From Micrococcales bacterium (GTDB taxonomy: Bacteria; Actinomycetota; Actinomycetes; Actinomycetales; Microbacteriaceae), in contig JBJTMG010000088.1 in the NCBI GenBank assembly GCA_046063415.1, positions 2,608 through 66,607 of the forward strand: 64,000 nt of DNA. The letters run 5' to 3'. Of the stretch, positions 63,943 through 64,000 are shown piece by piece. The notes below the pieces were generated by a model, which was not told the DNA's origin, searched no databases, and saw nothing but the letters and a program-made list of their open reading frames with translations. The position numbers and the translations under genes are program-made. Numbering within the stretch: position 1 is the first letter of the stretch; the number at the start of each line of letters is the position of its first letter.

Positions 63943-64000
63943 GTGGACTTTCAAACGCCAGAGGACACCGTTCCATCCGGTTTTATCACGGATGAACTGA
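63943..64000 (+). CDS. 5' end of a further gene. By synteny it may be homoserine O-acetyltransferase (metX), but too little sequence is available to tell.
   Basis: AGGAAGG lies 7 nt before the GTG at 63943. The frame stays open to the window edge (VDFQTPEDTVPSGFITDEL). Confidence 0.35.
   Translation, partial: MDFQTPEDTVPSGFITDEL

Overview
The window appears to be chromosomal DNA from an Actinomycetota genome. It has about 50-55% GC by eye, very short intergenic gaps and many ATGA/TTGA/GTGA start-stop overlaps. This fits a streamlined Microbacteriaceae-like organism, but that taxonomic guess is inference only.

Layout:
- 1-21 kb is a conserved housekeeping block, almost all on the minus strand: yifB/comM-like, yraN, DUF2469, rnhB, lepB, rplS, trmD, rimM, a KH protein, rpsP, ffh, ftsY, smc, mutM, rnc, rpmF, DUF177, coaD, recG, (rsmD on +), gltA, dapC, fdxA.
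- 21-28 kb holds a PIG-L/MshB-like deacetylase fused to a membrane domain. An IdeR/DtxR-type iron box sits in front of an FTR1 iron permease, which is followed by a 1535-aa polytopic membrane protein with roughly 40 TM segments.
- 28-39 kb holds typA and a peptide-type ABC transporter cluster. That cluster is interrupted by an opposite-strand PH-domain-like membrane gene.
- 39-46 kb holds a DCC/LysE/CPBP operon. It is followed by a cobalamin riboswitch driving two secreted proteins (alpha/alpha-toroid-like and DUF4430-like) plus a dedicated ECF transporter.
- 46-53 kb holds DoxX, an orphan HicB-like HTH protein with a palindromic operator, a TRIC channel and an isochorismatase-family gene. Then comes the conserved ssrA(tmRNA)-GNAT-smpB-ftsX-ftsE-prfB block.
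- 53-64 kb holds an MFS transporter and an actinobacterial Tad/Flp-like pilus locus. That locus includes a 59-aa pilin-like ORF that falls below the ORF-track cutoff. Then come tRNA-Leu(TAG), an S8 peptidase, a GNAT, ung, an M20 amidohydrolase, metY and the first codons of a further gene.

I saw no transposase, integrase, CRISPR array or rRNA.

The most system-like candidates are the B12-riboswitch operon with a possible split transcobalamin-like capture pair, and the iron-box/FTR1/giant membrane protein unit.

All family assignments come from reading motifs by eye. No HMM or BLAST was run, and start codons may be off by a few codons.
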